From the NCBI GenBank assembly GCA_002295635.1, contig DBHK01000010.1, positions 5,926-69,925 of the forward strand: 64,000 bases of DNA. The letters are read 5' to 3'. Position numbers and translations under genes: made by a program. Origin of the DNA: Alphaproteobacteria bacterium UBA830 (GTDB lineage: Bacteria; Pseudomonadota; Alphaproteobacteria; MPNO01; UBA830). The notes under the pieces are model-generated. The model did no database searches and had not been told where the DNA came from. It saw nothing but the letters and a program-made list of their open reading frames with translations. Below are positions 1-10,719 of the stretch, piece after piece (position 1 is the stretch's first letter; every line of letters begins with the position of its first letter).

Positions 1-1143
1 CCTGCGGTCGACAGACAGTAACTTGTCCAGTTTCTCCAGCAACCCCGCCAAATTGCTACCTGTAAGAGCTGACGTCGCTACAACCTTATCATTTCGCGAG
101 ACTATGTTCATTGTGGCTGTAAGTTCTTCCTCTGAAAGGAGATCAATTTTATTGAAAAGTTCGATAAATGCTGTGTCATCATCAAATTCAAGACCTAACT
201 CCGACATAACTTGTATTACATCGCTTTTTTGAGCTGCGGTATCGGGATGTGCGACATCGCGAACGTGGATTATAACGTCTGCGGAAATAACCTCATCTAG
301 TGTTGCCCGAAAAGCGGCGATCAGCGTAGTCGGCAAATCCGACACAAACCCCACCGTGTCAGCTAATATTACAAATCTACCTGACGGTAACTTCACCTCG
401 CGCATGGTAGGGTCAAGGGTCGCAAACAGGAGATCTTTTTCAAAGACATTGGCATCTGCTAGTCTATTGAAAAGACTAGATTTCCCAGCGTTTGTGTAAC
501 CAACAAGCGCAACCACCGGATAAGGAATGCGGCGCCGAGCCATGCGATGAAGTTCGCGGGTTCGCGTAACGGTTTCTAGCTCATTCCGGATTTTAGTAAT
601 CCGTTCAGAAATAATTCTCCTGTCTGACTCTATCTGGGTTTCGCCCGGCCCACCGAGAAATCCGAAACCGCCTCGTTGTCTCTCCAAGTGGGTCCAAGTC
701 CTTACGAGGCGGCTGCGCTGGTAGTTTAGATGCGCCAGCTCTACTTGCAGCACACCCTCCCGAGACGTCGCCCTATCACCAAAGATCTCTAGAATAAGGC
801 CCGTTCGGTCAATAACCTTTGTATCCCAGGCCCTCTCGAGCATCCTTTGCTGTACCGGAGATAGGGTTGCGTCAACGCTGACTAGGTCCACATTTTGCTT
901 TTCAACTATATTATGAAAGCGTTGGACAGTTCCTTTTCCGAAATAGGTTCCTGCTTTAATACGCCTCAGTCCGATAGTCTCCGATGCTACAACCTCCAGA
1001 TTTATGGCTTCAGCGAGCCCCAGCGCCTCTTGCAGACGAGCACCGATCGTCCTGTTAACGTTTTTAACCGATTTCAAGTAGGGATGTAGGACAATTACCC
1101 TCGATCTGCGGGGCCCCACTTTTCTCCCATTATCTGCGGACAA
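1..1143 (-). CDS. hflX: GTPase HflX (3' end runs off the window; probable TTG start at 1143)
   Basis: Manual translation of the minus strand gives MSADNGRK...LQEALGLAEAINLEV, then G1 ALVGYTNAGKS, LFATLDPT, G3 DTVGF and G4 NKID. It lies directly downstream of hfq and is absent from the ORF track because it is truncated. Confidence 0.95.
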   Translation of the reverse strand, partial: MSADNGRKVGPRRSRVIVLHPYLKSVKNVNRTIGARLQEALGLAEAINLEVVASETIGLRRIKAGTYFGKGTVQRFHNIVEKQNVDLVSVDATLSPVQQRMLERAWDTKVIDRTGLILEIFGDRATSREGVLQVELAHLNYQRSRLVRTWTHLERQRGGFGFLGGPGETQIESDRRIISERITKIRNELETVTRTRELHRMARRRIPYPVVALVGYTNAGKSSLFNRLADANVFEKDLLFATLDPTMREVKLPSGRFVILADTVGFVSDLPTTLIAAFRATLDEVISADVIIHVRDVAHPDTAAQKSDVIQVMSELGLEFDDDTAFIELFNKIDLLSEEELTATMNIVSRNDKVVATSALTGSNLAGLLEKLDKLLSVDRR

Positions 1144-1144
1144 T

Positions 1145-1414
1145 TCAGCCGACAACCTCTTGTATCGCACTCTCCCCTTCATCATCGTCAACATAGAGAG
1201 TGACAGGCGTTGTAGGCATCACAGTTGAAATAGCATGTTTATAGACAAGCTGCGAATGTCCATCGCGCCGCAGAAGCACGCAAAAATTATCGAACCAAGT
1301 AATTATCCCCTGCAATTTAACGCCATTTACTAAAAAGACGGTCACGGGAATTTTTTGTTTCCGGACTTGGTTTAAGAACACGTCCTGAAGGTTTTGCATT
1401 TTATCTGAAGACAT
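1145..1414 (-). CDS. hfq: RNA chaperone Hfq
   Basis: Sm motifs QNLQDVFLN...[11 protein letters not shown]...[11 protein letters not shown] and an acidic C-tail. ATG at 1414 is preferred over the ORF-track GTG at 1474. Confidence 0.97.
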   Translation of the reverse strand: MSSDKMQNLQDVFLNQVRKQKIPVTVFLVNGVKLQGIITWFDNFCVLLRRDGHSQLVYKHAISTVMPTTPVTLYVDDDEGESAIQEVVG

Positions 1415-1516
1415 TTTTATACCTTTTTGATTTTCTTTGGATTTTTTATCTTCCGCTTTATGAAATATGGACACAATCCACGTATCACATTACCTTTATT
1501 GGGTCACTACTTCTCT

Positions 1517-2188
1517 TTAAATGGTACCGTAGAAATTTCTGACAACCTCTGTTAGGGGACGACAACCGGAGAAATATTCGTTAGGCGGATAATCAGCAAA
1601 TTCGGGATCCTCAGGTAAGTTTTCGCCTATAAGAATGGTATGGCAGTTTGCCGCACGTCCACAGGCCATATCGACCCATGTATCGCCAATAAACCAAACA
1701 TTCCCACCTTTGGGTACGATACCGGTACGGTCAAGGGCCAAATCAATTGGATCTCTTGCTGGTTTGTCGCGCAGAGCATCTCCCGCGCCCACAAGATAAC
1801 CGCCAAAAAAGCTGTCCCACCCTAGTTTTGTTGATTCAGCACGCAAATGACCGCCGGACTTGTTACTTACGACGGCCAAATGAGCACCAAGCGCCACAAA
1901 TGCCTTCAAAAGTTCCTCTGCACCAGCCTTCTTTTCTATGCGTTCAAGGTGAACTGCCCGATACGCTTTATAGAAAATATCGCGCGCTTCTTCCCAACGC
2001 TCGCCAAATAGAGGGGGAAACGCTTCGCGTAAGGACTTTCGGACGCGTTCGAGAGTTTGATTCATTGTCCACTGGTGATGACCCATAGCTACAAGCGTTT
2101 GATTCATACTCTCGTGAATAATGGGCCAGCTATTCACCAACGTCCCGTCCCAGTCAAACAACACGGCTTCGGGCACGCCGTCAGGCAT
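1517..2188 (-). CDS. HAD-superfamily hydrolase (phosphoglycolate phosphatase-like)
   Basis: Motif I FDWDGTLVNS, motif II VVSNK, a KP motif and GDTWVD. Confidence 0.85.
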   Translation of the reverse strand: MPDGVPEAVLFDWDGTLVNSWPIIHESMNQTLVAMGHHQWTMNQTLERVRKSLREAFPPLFGERWEEARDIFYKAYRAVHLERIEKKAGAEELLKAFVALGAHLAVVSNKSGGHLRAESTKLGWDSFFGGYLVGAGDALRDKPARDPIDLALDRTGIVPKGGNVWFIGDTWVDMACGRAANCHTILIGENLPEDPEFADYPPNEYFSGCRPLTEVVRNFYGTI

Positions 2189-3035
2189 TCTGAAGACCTA
2201 AATGTGAAGCGTATCCACCAATGAGCTTTTTGGTAACCGCGCCCGGTTGTCCCGAACCCACCTTTTTTCCATCTATATCAACAACCGGTATCAGAAAAGC
2301 AGTTGAACTCGTCAAAAACGCCTCATCTGCCAACCTTGCCTCCTGGACGCCAAAAGCCCTTTCCTCGACATCAAGCTGCAGATTATTAGCGATTTTTAAA
2401 AGTGAAAGCCGGGTCACTCCATTTAGGATTGAATTTTCCGGCGGATGTGTAAAAATTTTCTGCCCTTTTACGATCCAAGCATTAGTGGATGCGCCTTCGG
2501 TTACGACGCCCGTATCGTTGACCAGCCATGCTTCATAGGCGCCCGCGCGTGCAGCCAGGTCCTTTGCTAATATATTTGGCAGCAAGGAAATGGATTTTAT
2601 ATCCGGGCGTCTCCACCGGTTATCCGGCAGAGTAATTACAGAGACCCCCTGCTCAACCCATTCGCGCTTTGGATTTACAAATGGTCGCAGGGTCATTATC
2701 ACCGCAGCACGAATCTCATTTGGAATGAGGTGGTTTCGCGGTGCGACCCCTCGAGATATTTGAATATAAAGGCTGGCGTCCCGCAGGCGATTTAACCGAA
2801 GCAATTCAGTAACCTTCATTCTAAATATTTCGATCCCGAATGGCATTTCCATCCGTATTTCACGCAATGACCGTTTCAACCTATCAAAATGCAGATCTTC
2901 GTCTACCATCCGGCTATTGATGACAACAATCACTTCATAAACGCCATCAGCAAACTGGTATCCACGATCCTCTATGTGGATTTCCGACAAACTATGGCGG
3001 GAATAACGCCCATTAACGTATGATATCCGTGGCAT
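2181..3035 (-). CDS. dat: D-amino-acid aminotransferase (class IV PLP enzyme)
   Basis: EDRGYQFADGVYE, PDIKSISLLPN (PLP lysine), EGASTN, ILNGVTR and DEAFLTSST. Confidence 0.85.
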   Translation of the reverse strand: MPRISYVNGRYSRHSLSEIHIEDRGYQFADGVYEVIVVINSRMVDEDLHFDRLKRSLREIRMEMPFGIEIFRMKVTELLRLNRLRDASLYIQISRGVAPRNHLIPNEIRAAVIMTLRPFVNPKREWVEQGVSVITLPDNRWRRPDIKSISLLPNILAKDLAARAGAYEAWLVNDTGVVTEGASTNAWIVKGQKIFTHPPENSILNGVTRLSLLKIANNLQLDVEERAFGVQEARLADEAFLTSSTAFLIPVVDIDGKKVGSGQPGAVTKKLIGGYASHLGLQNA

Positions 3036-3046
3036 TTTACCCTTAT

Positions 3047-4423
3047 TTAAAAGAATTCAAGGCTGACTGCGAAGAGCTTTTCGATATCGCGAACCGCTGT
3101 CGGTCTCACAAAGATAACGACCCTGTCTCCCGTGTTAACCACAGTATTACTTCGCGGCGTAATCACCTCCTCATCTCGAACGATCGCGCCAAACATCACC
3201 CCTTCAGGTAGTTCCATATCACGGATCTGCTGACCCGCGAGCGAGGAAGTTTCAAGAATTTCCGCTTCCATCATTTCGCCAAAATCCTCACCTAGGGAAT
3301 ATACCGCTCGAATTCGCCCACGACGAACATGCTGAAGAATAGTCGATGCCGTGATAGATCTCGGGCTAATCACCGCGTCAACACCCAAGGTAGTTATCAG
3401 TGGTGAGTAATTTGTATTGTTTACAAGCGCGATTGCCCGCTGAGCTCCATGTCGTTTTGCCAGGAGAGAACCCAATATATTTGTCTCGTCGTCGTTGGTA
3501 ACCGCGACAATGGCCTCTGTTACCGCTACTCCGGCTTCCTCGAGTATAGAGGGCTCTAGCGCATTGCCGTTGATAACCGTGGTATCCGGCAAGTCACGAG
3601 CCGCGCGCTCGGCTCCTTCCCGGCTCGCCTCAATGATGCGCGCGTGGACACCCGGGTGTTCATTCCGGATCATCTCTGCCAGAAAAATGCCAACGTTCCC
3701 GCCACCAGCAATAATTATCCTTCGTGCCTGTCGCTCTTCATGTCCAAAAACCGTCATCGCACGCGGGACGTGCTCATTGTCCGCGACGAAATATACGTCA
3801 TCGCCAACAAACATTTGTTCGTCGGCGTTAGCAACGATGATTTTTCCATCCCGAATAATGCCTACAATTACAATGTGGAGATCGGGGAAAACCCCCGTCA
3901 ATTGACGAAGTGGGGTATTGATAACTGGGCAGTCATCATTGCACCGGACACCAATAACCCGCACCTTTCCGTCGACCATCGGAATGGTATCAAAAGCACC
4001 CGGAACAACGAGATCCCGGGAAATTGCCCGCGCAACCTCTAGCTCAGGTGAAATAATCACATCGATGGGCATATTTTCCCGGCTAAATAAATCTGCCCAA
4101 ATCGGCCGCAAATAACCCTGGTTCCGAACACGAGCCAGCTTGGTCGGCACGTTAAAAAGGGAGTGAGCTACTTGACAAGCGACCATGTTCACTTCGTCCG
4201 ACTGAGTGACGGCAATCAGCAGATCTGCGTCAGCCGCGTTCGCTCGTTCGAGTACATCCGGATAAGATGCAAAACCCTGTAATGACTGCACGTCAAGAGA
4301 TTCGTTAACCGAGCGAATATTCTCCTCAGATGAATCCACAACAGTAACATCATGGTTCTCAAGTGATAACTGACGCGCGATGTGATAGCCTACCTGGCCA
4401 GCGCCACAAACTATTACTCTCAT
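3047..4423 (-). CDS. trkA: Trk K+ uptake regulatory subunit TrkA
   Basis: Two RCK units (GAGQVG and GGGNVG), 458 aa, next to ntrX. Confidence 0.95.
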   Translation of the reverse strand: MRVIVCGAGQVGYHIARQLSLENHDVTVVDSSEENIRSVNESLDVQSLQGFASYPDVLERANAADADLLIAVTQSDEVNMVACQVAHSLFNVPTKLARVRNQGYLRPIWADLFSRENMPIDVIISPELEVARAISRDLVVPGAFDTIPMVDGKVRVIGVRCNDDCPVINTPLRQLTGVFPDLHIVIVGIIRDGKIIVANADEQMFVGDDVYFVADNEHVPRAMTVFGHEERQARRIIIAGGGNVGIFLAEMIRNEHPGVHARIIEASREGAERAARDLPDTTVINGNALEPSILEEAGVAVTEAIVAVTNDDETNILGSLLAKRHGAQRAIALVNNTNYSPLITTLGVDAVISPRSITASTILQHVRRGRIRAVYSLGEDFGEMMEAEILETSSLAGQQIRDMELPEGVMFGAIVRDEEVITPRSNTVVNTGDRVVIFVRPTAVRDIEKLFAVSLEFF

Positions 4424-4429
4424 TCTCTT

Positions 4430-5851
4430 CTACTCCGCAGTACCGGAGACCGGTTCACCAGCCCGGTCAGCGATATCCCGGTTGGTAACGCCCAGCGTCT
4501 TAAGCTTTCGGTGAAGCGCAGACCGCTCCATACCGATAAATCGCGCCGTTCGCGAGACATTTCCACCGAATCGCGATACCTGAGCAAGCAAGTATTGACG
4601 CTCAAAATTCTCCCGGGCCTCTCGAAGCGGCAATGACATAATTTTAGCTCCCCCCCTGAACCCAGCCATAACGGAAGCCCTGGTACCTAAATCAGGTGGC
4701 AGATTATCAACGCCGACTTCCTCCTCAGGCCCTCCGGGTGCCATGATTAGTATCCAATCAACGGCGTTTCGCAGTTGCCGGACATTTCCGGGCCAGTCAC
4801 ATGCCTGTAGAGCGACCATCGCTTCGCTAGAAATCATCCTCGGAGACACGCCTGAATTACTTGCCGATCGTTCCATAAAATGTTCGATCAACACGGGAAT
4901 ATCATCTGGCCGATCCTTTAAGGGCAGAATTTCTATTGGGACGACGTTAAGACGGTAGAATAGATCCTGGCGGAAATTTCCAGCCGCCATTTCCGCTTCC
5001 ATATCGTGGTTTGTCGAGGCAATTACCCGCACATCGACCTCGACAAGTTTGTCACCACCAACACGCGTAAATGTCTGTTCCTGCAGGACGCGAACAATCT
5101 TACCCTGCGTTTCAAGCGGCATGTCACTGACTTCGTCCAACAGCAAAGTACCCCCATTCGCTTGTTCGAGCGTACCCACTTTGGCAATTCCATCTGGTTC
5201 AACGGATTCCTCGCCAAACAATTCTACTTCCATTCGGTCCGGGTTCATTGCCGCGCAGTTAAGAACAATAAACGGACCATCGGCACGGCTTGACATGCGA
5301 TGTAACTGCCGGGCGAAAACCTCTTTCCCTACGCCCGGTGGCCCCGAAATCAAGACCCGACTATCGGTTGGCGCAACCCTCTCCAATGAGCCGCGTAACT
5401 GTTTCATCGCAGCCGACGCCGCAACCACGTCTTTAACTTCGCTTGTTTGTTTCCGCAGTTGTTCGTTTTCTTTTTGTAACTTAGAATTTTCGAGTGCATT
5501 TTTTACAGTCAAAATAAGTCGATCGGCCTTGAAGGGTTTCTCGATAAAATCATATGCGCCTAACTTTATTGCGTTGACAGCGGTCTCAACGTTGCCGTGG
5601 CCACTAATCATAATTACCGGAATATCAACAAAATCCGTGTAGACTTTCTCCAGCATTTCCATACCATCAAGGTTGCTGCCTTCAAGCCAGATATCAAGGA
5701 TTAGCAGATCCGGAAGCTTTTCCCGGATAGCAGATAGAGCTCCGTCGCTACTAGACGCCGTCCTACAATTGTAACCCTCATCCTCGAGGATCGCCGCAAT
5801 TAAGCTGCTGATATCATCTTCATCATCGATAACTAGAATTTCTTGGGGCAT
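4430..5851 (-). CDS. ntrX: Response regulator NtrX
   Basis: Receiver domain (LDIWL, MISGHG), AAA+ domain without GAFTGA, and Fis HTH MERSALHRKLK; downstream of ntrY. Confidence 0.95.
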   Translation of the reverse strand: MPQEILVIDDEDDISSLIAAILEDEGYNCRTASSSDGALSAIREKLPDLLILDIWLEGSNLDGMEMLEKVYTDFVDIPVIMISGHGNVETAVNAIKLGAYDFIEKPFKADRLILTVKNALENSKLQKENEQLRKQTSEVKDVVAASAAMKQLRGSLERVAPTDSRVLISGPPGVGKEVFARQLHRMSSRADGPFIVLNCAAMNPDRMEVELFGEESVEPDGIAKVGTLEQANGGTLLLDEVSDMPLETQGKIVRVLQEQTFTRVGGDKLVEVDVRVIASTNHDMEAEMAAGNFRQDLFYRLNVVPIEILPLKDRPDDIPVLIEHFMERSASNSGVSPRMISSEAMVALQACDWPGNVRQLRNAVDWILIMAPGGPEEEVGVDNLPPDLGTRASVMAGFRGGAKIMSLPLREARENFERQYLLAQVSRFGGNVSRTARFIGMERSALHRKLKTLGVTNRDIADRAGEPVSGTAE

Positions 5852-5854
5852 CGG

Positions 5855-8122
5855 TTAGCCATCCCCCGCGATGGAAGGGTCAGCTTTTCCCTTGCGTTCG
5901 AATAGGGGAATCTTGACTTCAACCCGGGCACCGTTCACTTCCCCGTCTTCCAATCGAAGTCCCGCGCCGTGATCCTCCAAAATGGTTTTGACTATCGCAA
6001 GGCCTAAACCTGTTCCTTTGGTCCTTGAAGTTACATAAGGTTCAGTCAAGCGATCCGGCGCGCCCGGGGGCAATCCCGTGCCGTTATCAAGGACTTCAAT
6101 CAACGCGTCTTCACCTAACACCGAAACTTTGATGCAAACCTCCCCTGGAGAGGATTCGGCTTGTACCTGCCTTCGGCCATCAATCGCGTCAAGAGCATTC
6201 TGGAGTAGATTGGTCATTACCTGAGAGAGCTGGCGGGGGTCCGCAGAAATCCAAACGGGCTCATCGGGAAACTTAAGATCGAAACGGATTTCGGGATGAG
6301 CGTTTCGCGGAAGTACTACCGCCTCTTTGCATATTGAAACAAGATTGGTTTCCTCCATTTCGGGCCGCGGCATACGGGCGAAAGACGAAAACTCGTCGAC
6401 CATCCGACCGATATCACCCACTTGGCGAATTATGGTGTCCGTGCAATTGGAAAATGTGTCGGGGTCAGAGGTAATCTCCGATAAATACTTCCGCCGGAGA
6501 CGCTCAGCAGATAGCTGAATAGGTGTAAGAGGATTTTTTATTTCATGTGCAATCCGGCGAGCGACATCCGACCAAGCGGCTTTCCGTTGCGCTCCGACAA
6601 GTTCAGTGATGTCGTCAAAGGTTACTACGAAACCAACAATTCTGTCCGAAACTACGTCCGCAGCGACACGAACAAATAAAGTGCTGGGACGTCGCTTACC
6701 TTGGATTATCACCTGCGCCTCAACGAGGGAATTGGGCCGAACGGTAGTTCTACTAATGAGGTCATTGAACTCGGGTACGACATCCCCGATCATATTTCCT
6801 ATCTCGCTATCAAGGTTCTTGGATAATAAAGAGTTTGCCGACCTATTAGCGAGGTTGATACGGCCGTTTTCGTCCACCCCTATAACCCCCGCCGATACCC
6901 CCCCCAAAACCGTTTCAATAAAGTGCCGCCGTTCATCTAGTTGACGATTGGCCTCAACAAGTTCATGCCGCTGCCCCTCAAGTTGGTCAGTCATCCGATT
7001 AAACGCTCGGCTGAGTAGCCCAAGTTCATCCGAGTTTGGTTCTTCCCGAACGCGAGTGGACAAGTCCCCCTCACGGACCCTTTCCGCCGCAGATGCTAGG
7101 TCAGAAATCGGCCGTGACAGCCTGTTTGCAAATACTAACCCGATCCAAATAGCAACGAACAGCAGCAGCAGACCAACCAGAATGAAAATCATCGCAAAAG
7201 TGATTTCGATCGTTGACCTGCGCCCCTCTATCTCTTCGTATTCACGCGCGGCCCGTTGTGTTTTATCTATGTGCTCTAAAACATTGGGCTCGACGTATCT
7301 GCCCACGTAAAGGAATGTGTCAACAATCCTATCTAGTTTGATTACGGCGCGCAGCCGATCGTCAGTTTCGCTCGTTAATATAACTACCTCCCCCTTCCGC
7401 GCCCGTTCTATAGCATTGAGAGAGACAGGTCCTCGATCGAGAACAAAACCTAGACTCCATTGTGCCAACACCCTGGCCGAACCGTCCAAAAGATAGATCT
7501 CGCTCAGGTTGCGTATCATTCCCTGCGCTGCGAGGAGACGCTGAAACTGCCTAGGGCTTTCGTCAAGCAAAGGTATTGCTGGGTCAAGGTCACGCGCGAT
7601 AGACAGGACATCGCCTCGAATAACCTGTTGGTGCTCTTTCAAATAAGCGGCAGCAACAGCCCGGGAGTCGATAATCGCAGTGCGAACTCTCTCACTAAAC
7701 CAGTTTTCCATTCCATAATTAAAGAAAAAGGCGGAAAATCCTGACACTACAATTGCCGGTGCAAGCGCGATCAGGCTAAACAATACCACCAATCGCGTGT
7801 GAAGGCGCGAGCCTACCTGTCCACGCCGGCGCTCCATCCAAAGGCCCACAAGGTTCCGCGCAACAACCAATCCCAACAGTAAAAACACGACAAGGTCTAT
7901 CTGAAGTAGAACCAAGATGGTGCGTGTGTCCACGCCAAAAGGTGACGTGCCGGTTATCGCCGCGTATGTCGCAAAGGCTGACGCAAGCGCAACAATAGTC
8001 AGGAGTATTGCAAGCCTTCGAGCAAGGCTATATCGGTCATTGACTGCCGACAGCCATGCATAGGCTCCCGCCGCCCGGGACATAGGAGGCGGCACTTTTA
8101 TTGGTCGTTCCGCGTCTGCCAC
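5855..8122 (-). CDS. ntrY: Sensor histidine kinase NtrY
   Basis: TM segments, HAMP, PAS, H-box AWSDVARRIAHEIKNPLTPIQLSAERL and G2 box GTGLGL. Confidence 0.95.
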   Translation of the reverse strand: MADAERPIKVPPPMSRAAGAYAWLSAVNDRYSLARRLAILLTIVALASAFATYAAITGTSPFGVDTRTILVLLQIDLVVFLLLGLVVARNLVGLWMERRRGQVGSRLHTRLVVLFSLIALAPAIVVSGFSAFFFNYGMENWFSERVRTAIIDSRAVAAAYLKEHQQVIRGDVLSIARDLDPAIPLLDESPRQFQRLLAAQGMIRNLSEIYLLDGSARVLAQWSLGFVLDRGPVSLNAIERARKGEVVILTSETDDRLRAVIKLDRIVDTFLYVGRYVEPNVLEHIDKTQRAAREYEEIEGRRSTIEITFAMIFILVGLLLLFVAIWIGLVFANRLSRPISDLASAAERVREGDLSTRVREEPNSDELGLLSRAFNRMTDQLEGQRHELVEANRQLDERRHFIETVLGGVSAGVIGVDENGRINLANRSANSLLSKNLDSEIGNMIGDVVPEFNDLISRTTVRPNSLVEAQVIIQGKRRPSTLFVRVAADVVSDRIVGFVVTFDDITELVGAQRKAAWSDVARRIAHEIKNPLTPIQLSAERLRRKYLSEITSDPDTFSNCTDTIIRQVGDIGRMVDEFSSFARMPRPEMEETNLVSICKEAVVLPRNAHPEIRFDLKFPDEPVWISADPRQLSQVMTNLLQNALDAIDGRRQVQAESSPGEVCIKVSVLGEDALIEVLDNGTGLPPGAPDRLTEPYVTSRTKGTGLGLAIVKTILEDHGAGLRLEDGEVNGARVEVKIPLFERKGKADPSIAGDG

Positions 8123-8155
8123 ATCATATCCATTTGATCGCCGTTAACCATTTGG

Positions 8156-9595
8156 TCACTGCAAACCACGAATAACTTCTATATCTAGGTCTCGGATCTT
8201 CTTTCTCAGAGTATTGCGATTCAAACCCAGAATTTCAGAAGCTCGTATCTGATTTCCTCCGGTCGCACTTAGTGTAAGTGTGATCAAGGGCTGCTCCATC
8301 TCGCGTAAAATCCGCATATATAAACCCTTTGACGGTACACCCCCATCAGACTCCGAGAAAGTACGTTCCAGATGCCGGTAAATTGCTTCGGAAAGAGTTT
8401 CATCTTCATCTTTAACACCCCGGCCTGCCGAATAGGCCCCGGAAAGCTCCTGTCGGACAATTTCACTGGAAATTGTATCGTCGGCATATAGAGCTGCAAG
8501 CCGTTGAATAAGGTTTTCCAATTCTCGTACGTTACCGGACCATGTATGGCCCATCAAAATCGCCATTGCGTCAGGCTCAAGGGTCTTAAACGCAAGGCCA
8601 TTTTCGGCACCTCGAGCAAAGAAATGGCCCACCAATTCTTGAATATCCTCCGTACGCTCGCGCAGCGGCGGTAACCTTATCGGCACGACATTAAGGCGGT
8701 AGTATAGATCCTCGCGAAAGCGTCCCTGGCGGACCTCATGCAATAAATCTCGGTGTGTTGCAGCAACAATGCGGACGTCCGCTTTTATGGGAGTGCGGCC
8801 GCCAAGGGTAGTGTATTCACCTTCCTGCAGAACGCGCAGCAGTCGTGTTTGCGCATCTAGCGGCATGTCACCGATTTCATCAAGGAACAGTGTTCCGCGC
8901 TGCGCCTGTTCAAATCTACCGATCCCGCGCGTCGTCGCACCGGTGAATGCACCACGCTCATATCCAAAAAGTTCTGCTTCCACTAATTCACGAGGTATCG
9001 CCGCCATATTAATCGCGACAAACGGACCGTTACGGCGTTTCCCGTAATCGTGCAACGCCCGTGCGACCAGTTCTTTTCCAGTCCCAGATTCGCCATTCAC
9101 CATAACTGTCAAATCGGTTGTCATCAAACGGGCTAGAACCCGATATATGTTCTGCATCGGCGCAGATCGGCCAATAAGAGGTAATTTTTCAATCTGCTGC
9201 GCCGGGACCACCGGAACCGTATCCGTTCTTTCACGCAGTGCGCGCTCCACCACTGCCAAAAGCTCTGGCAAATCGAAGGGTTTAGGCAGATATTCGTATG
9301 CACCACGCTCATTAGCCTTCACCGCTGTAAGCAGCGTGCTTTGCGCACTCATCACAATCACTTTTAGTTCAGGCCGGAATTCCCTGATCCGAAGAACTAG
9401 ATCTAACCCGTTTTCGTCTGGCATGATGACATCGGTAATTACGAGATCCCCCTCTCCACCCGCTACCCATGACCATAGTGTCCGCGCATTTCCCGAAACC
9501 TTTACGTCGTAACCTTCTCGGATCAAGGCGCGCTCTAGAACTGTTCGGATAGCCCGGTCATCATCGGCGATTAAAACAGTAGATATCTCGCTCAT
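8156..9595 (-). CDS. ntrC: Nitrogen regulation protein NR(I), NtrC
   Basis: Receiver domain, GESGTGKE, intact GAFTGA and [17 protein letters not shown] at 9595 overlaps the ntrB stop (ATGA). Confidence 0.96.
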   Translation of the reverse strand: MSEISTVLIADDDRAIRTVLERALIREGYDVKVSGNARTLWSWVAGGEGDLVITDVIMPDENGLDLVLRIREFRPELKVIVMSAQSTLLTAVKANERGAYEYLPKPFDLPELLAVVERALRERTDTVPVVPAQQIEKLPLIGRSAPMQNIYRVLARLMTTDLTVMVNGESGTGKELVARALHDYGKRRNGPFVAINMAAIPRELVEAELFGYERGAFTGATTRGIGRFEQAQRGTLFLDEIGDMPLDAQTRLLRVLQEGEYTTLGGRTPIKADVRIVAATHRDLLHEVRQGRFREDLYYRLNVVPIRLPPLRERTEDIQELVGHFFARGAENGLAFKTLEPDAMAILMGHTWSGNVRELENLIQRLAALYADDTISSEIVRQELSGAYSAGRGVKDEDETLSEAIYRHLERTFSESDGGVPSKGLYMRILREMEQPLITLTLSATGGNQIRASEILGLNRNTLRKKIRDLDIEVIRGLQ

Positions 9596-10719
9596 GATTT
9601 TTCTTCCATTCCTGATCCACCATCCTGACACATTGGGAGTCGAAGCCGAAACTCGGTCCCCGTGTCCGCCGTATCGAATTCAATTATTCCGCCATGGTCT
9701 CCGACAACTTTCGCTGCAAGCGCCATACCGAGACCCGATCCGTCAGATTTTGATGTCACAAACGGGTCAAACAAATTTTCGGCCACGTCTGGGGAAATTC
9801 CTCGACCGTTGTCTATGACGGCCACCAATAAAGGTAGTTGTATCTGCGTCCCACCTCCGGGCAGCGCCAATCGGACACTGTGCTGGTACGCTGTCCGAAG
9901 AATAATTTTTCCTTCGTTTTCAGTAACCGCTTCGCAAGCGTTTTTAACCACGTTCAATAAGGCCTGGATCAGCTGATCTGCATTTCCATGCACTGGTGGT
10001 AAAGAAGGGTCGTATTCTTCAACAAAGTATACGTGTCGACCGAATCCCGCTTCCGCGACTTGGCGTACCCTCTCCAAGATCTGATGGATGTTAACGGCCG
10101 TCCTGTCGATTGTGGCGTCAGAGAACAATCCCATACTATCGACAAGGTCACAGATCCGATCGGTTTCCTCACAAATAAGTCGTGTGAGACCAAGATCTTC
10201 GTCACTGGATACCGACCGCTCAAGCAACTGCGCCGCGCCGCGGATACCTGATAACGGGTTTTTCACTTCATGGGCAAGGACAGCCGCCAAACCGTTAACC
10301 GATCGCGCTGCATTTCGATGTGTAATCTGACTATTTATCTGCCGCGCAATTGACTGTTCATGAAGTGAAATAACAGTCAGATCGTATCCGTCTCCGAGGG
10401 GCGCCGCGGTTATAGCCAGATTTCTAGTGCCTCCTTCAAAGAAGGATAGCGATACATCATACTCAGAAATGCTTTTTTGGCCCTGTAAAGCTTGCGATAC
10501 TAACGACAGTAGCGGGCTATGCGGAGGCATAATCTCCTCCAGATTTAACCCCGTCAATCCATTTGCACCGTGCCCGAAAAATTGCTCAGCAGCAATATTA
10601 AGAAAACGGATACGCATAGCTGAATCGACGGCCAAAACAGCGAATGGAAGTGCACCGAGGATCATATCAGAATCAAGTGGACGTAAGGAAAAACCGCCTG
10701 ATTCTATCAACGAAGACAT
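9592..10719 (-). CDS. ntrB: Histidine kinase NtrB
   Basis: PAS domain, [19 protein letters not shown] and YDPSLP. ATG at 10719 overlaps the dusB stop (TGATG). Confidence 0.95.
   Translation of the reverse strand: MSSLIESGGFSLRPLDSDMILGALPFAVLAVDSAMRIRFLNIAAEQFFGHGANGLTGLNLEEIMPPHSPLLSLVSQALQGQKSISEYDVSLSFFEGGTRNLAITAAPLGDGYDLTVISLHEQSIARQINSQITHRNAARSVNGLAAVLAHEVKNPLSGIRGAAQLLERSVSSDEDLGLTRLICEETDRICDLVDSMGLFSDATIDRTAVNIHQILERVRQVAEAGFGRHVYFVEEYDPSLPPVHGNADQLIQALLNVVKNACEAVTENEGKIILRTAYQHSVRLALPGGGTQIQLPLLVAVIDNGRGISPDVAENLFDPFVTSKSDGSGLGMALAAKVVGDHGGIIEFDTADTGTEFRLRLPMCQDGGSGMEEKS

Noticed and set aside
4430-5851. NtrX lacks the GAFTGA sigma54-contact motif
   Set aside because: This is a known, normal property of alphaproteobacterial NtrX.
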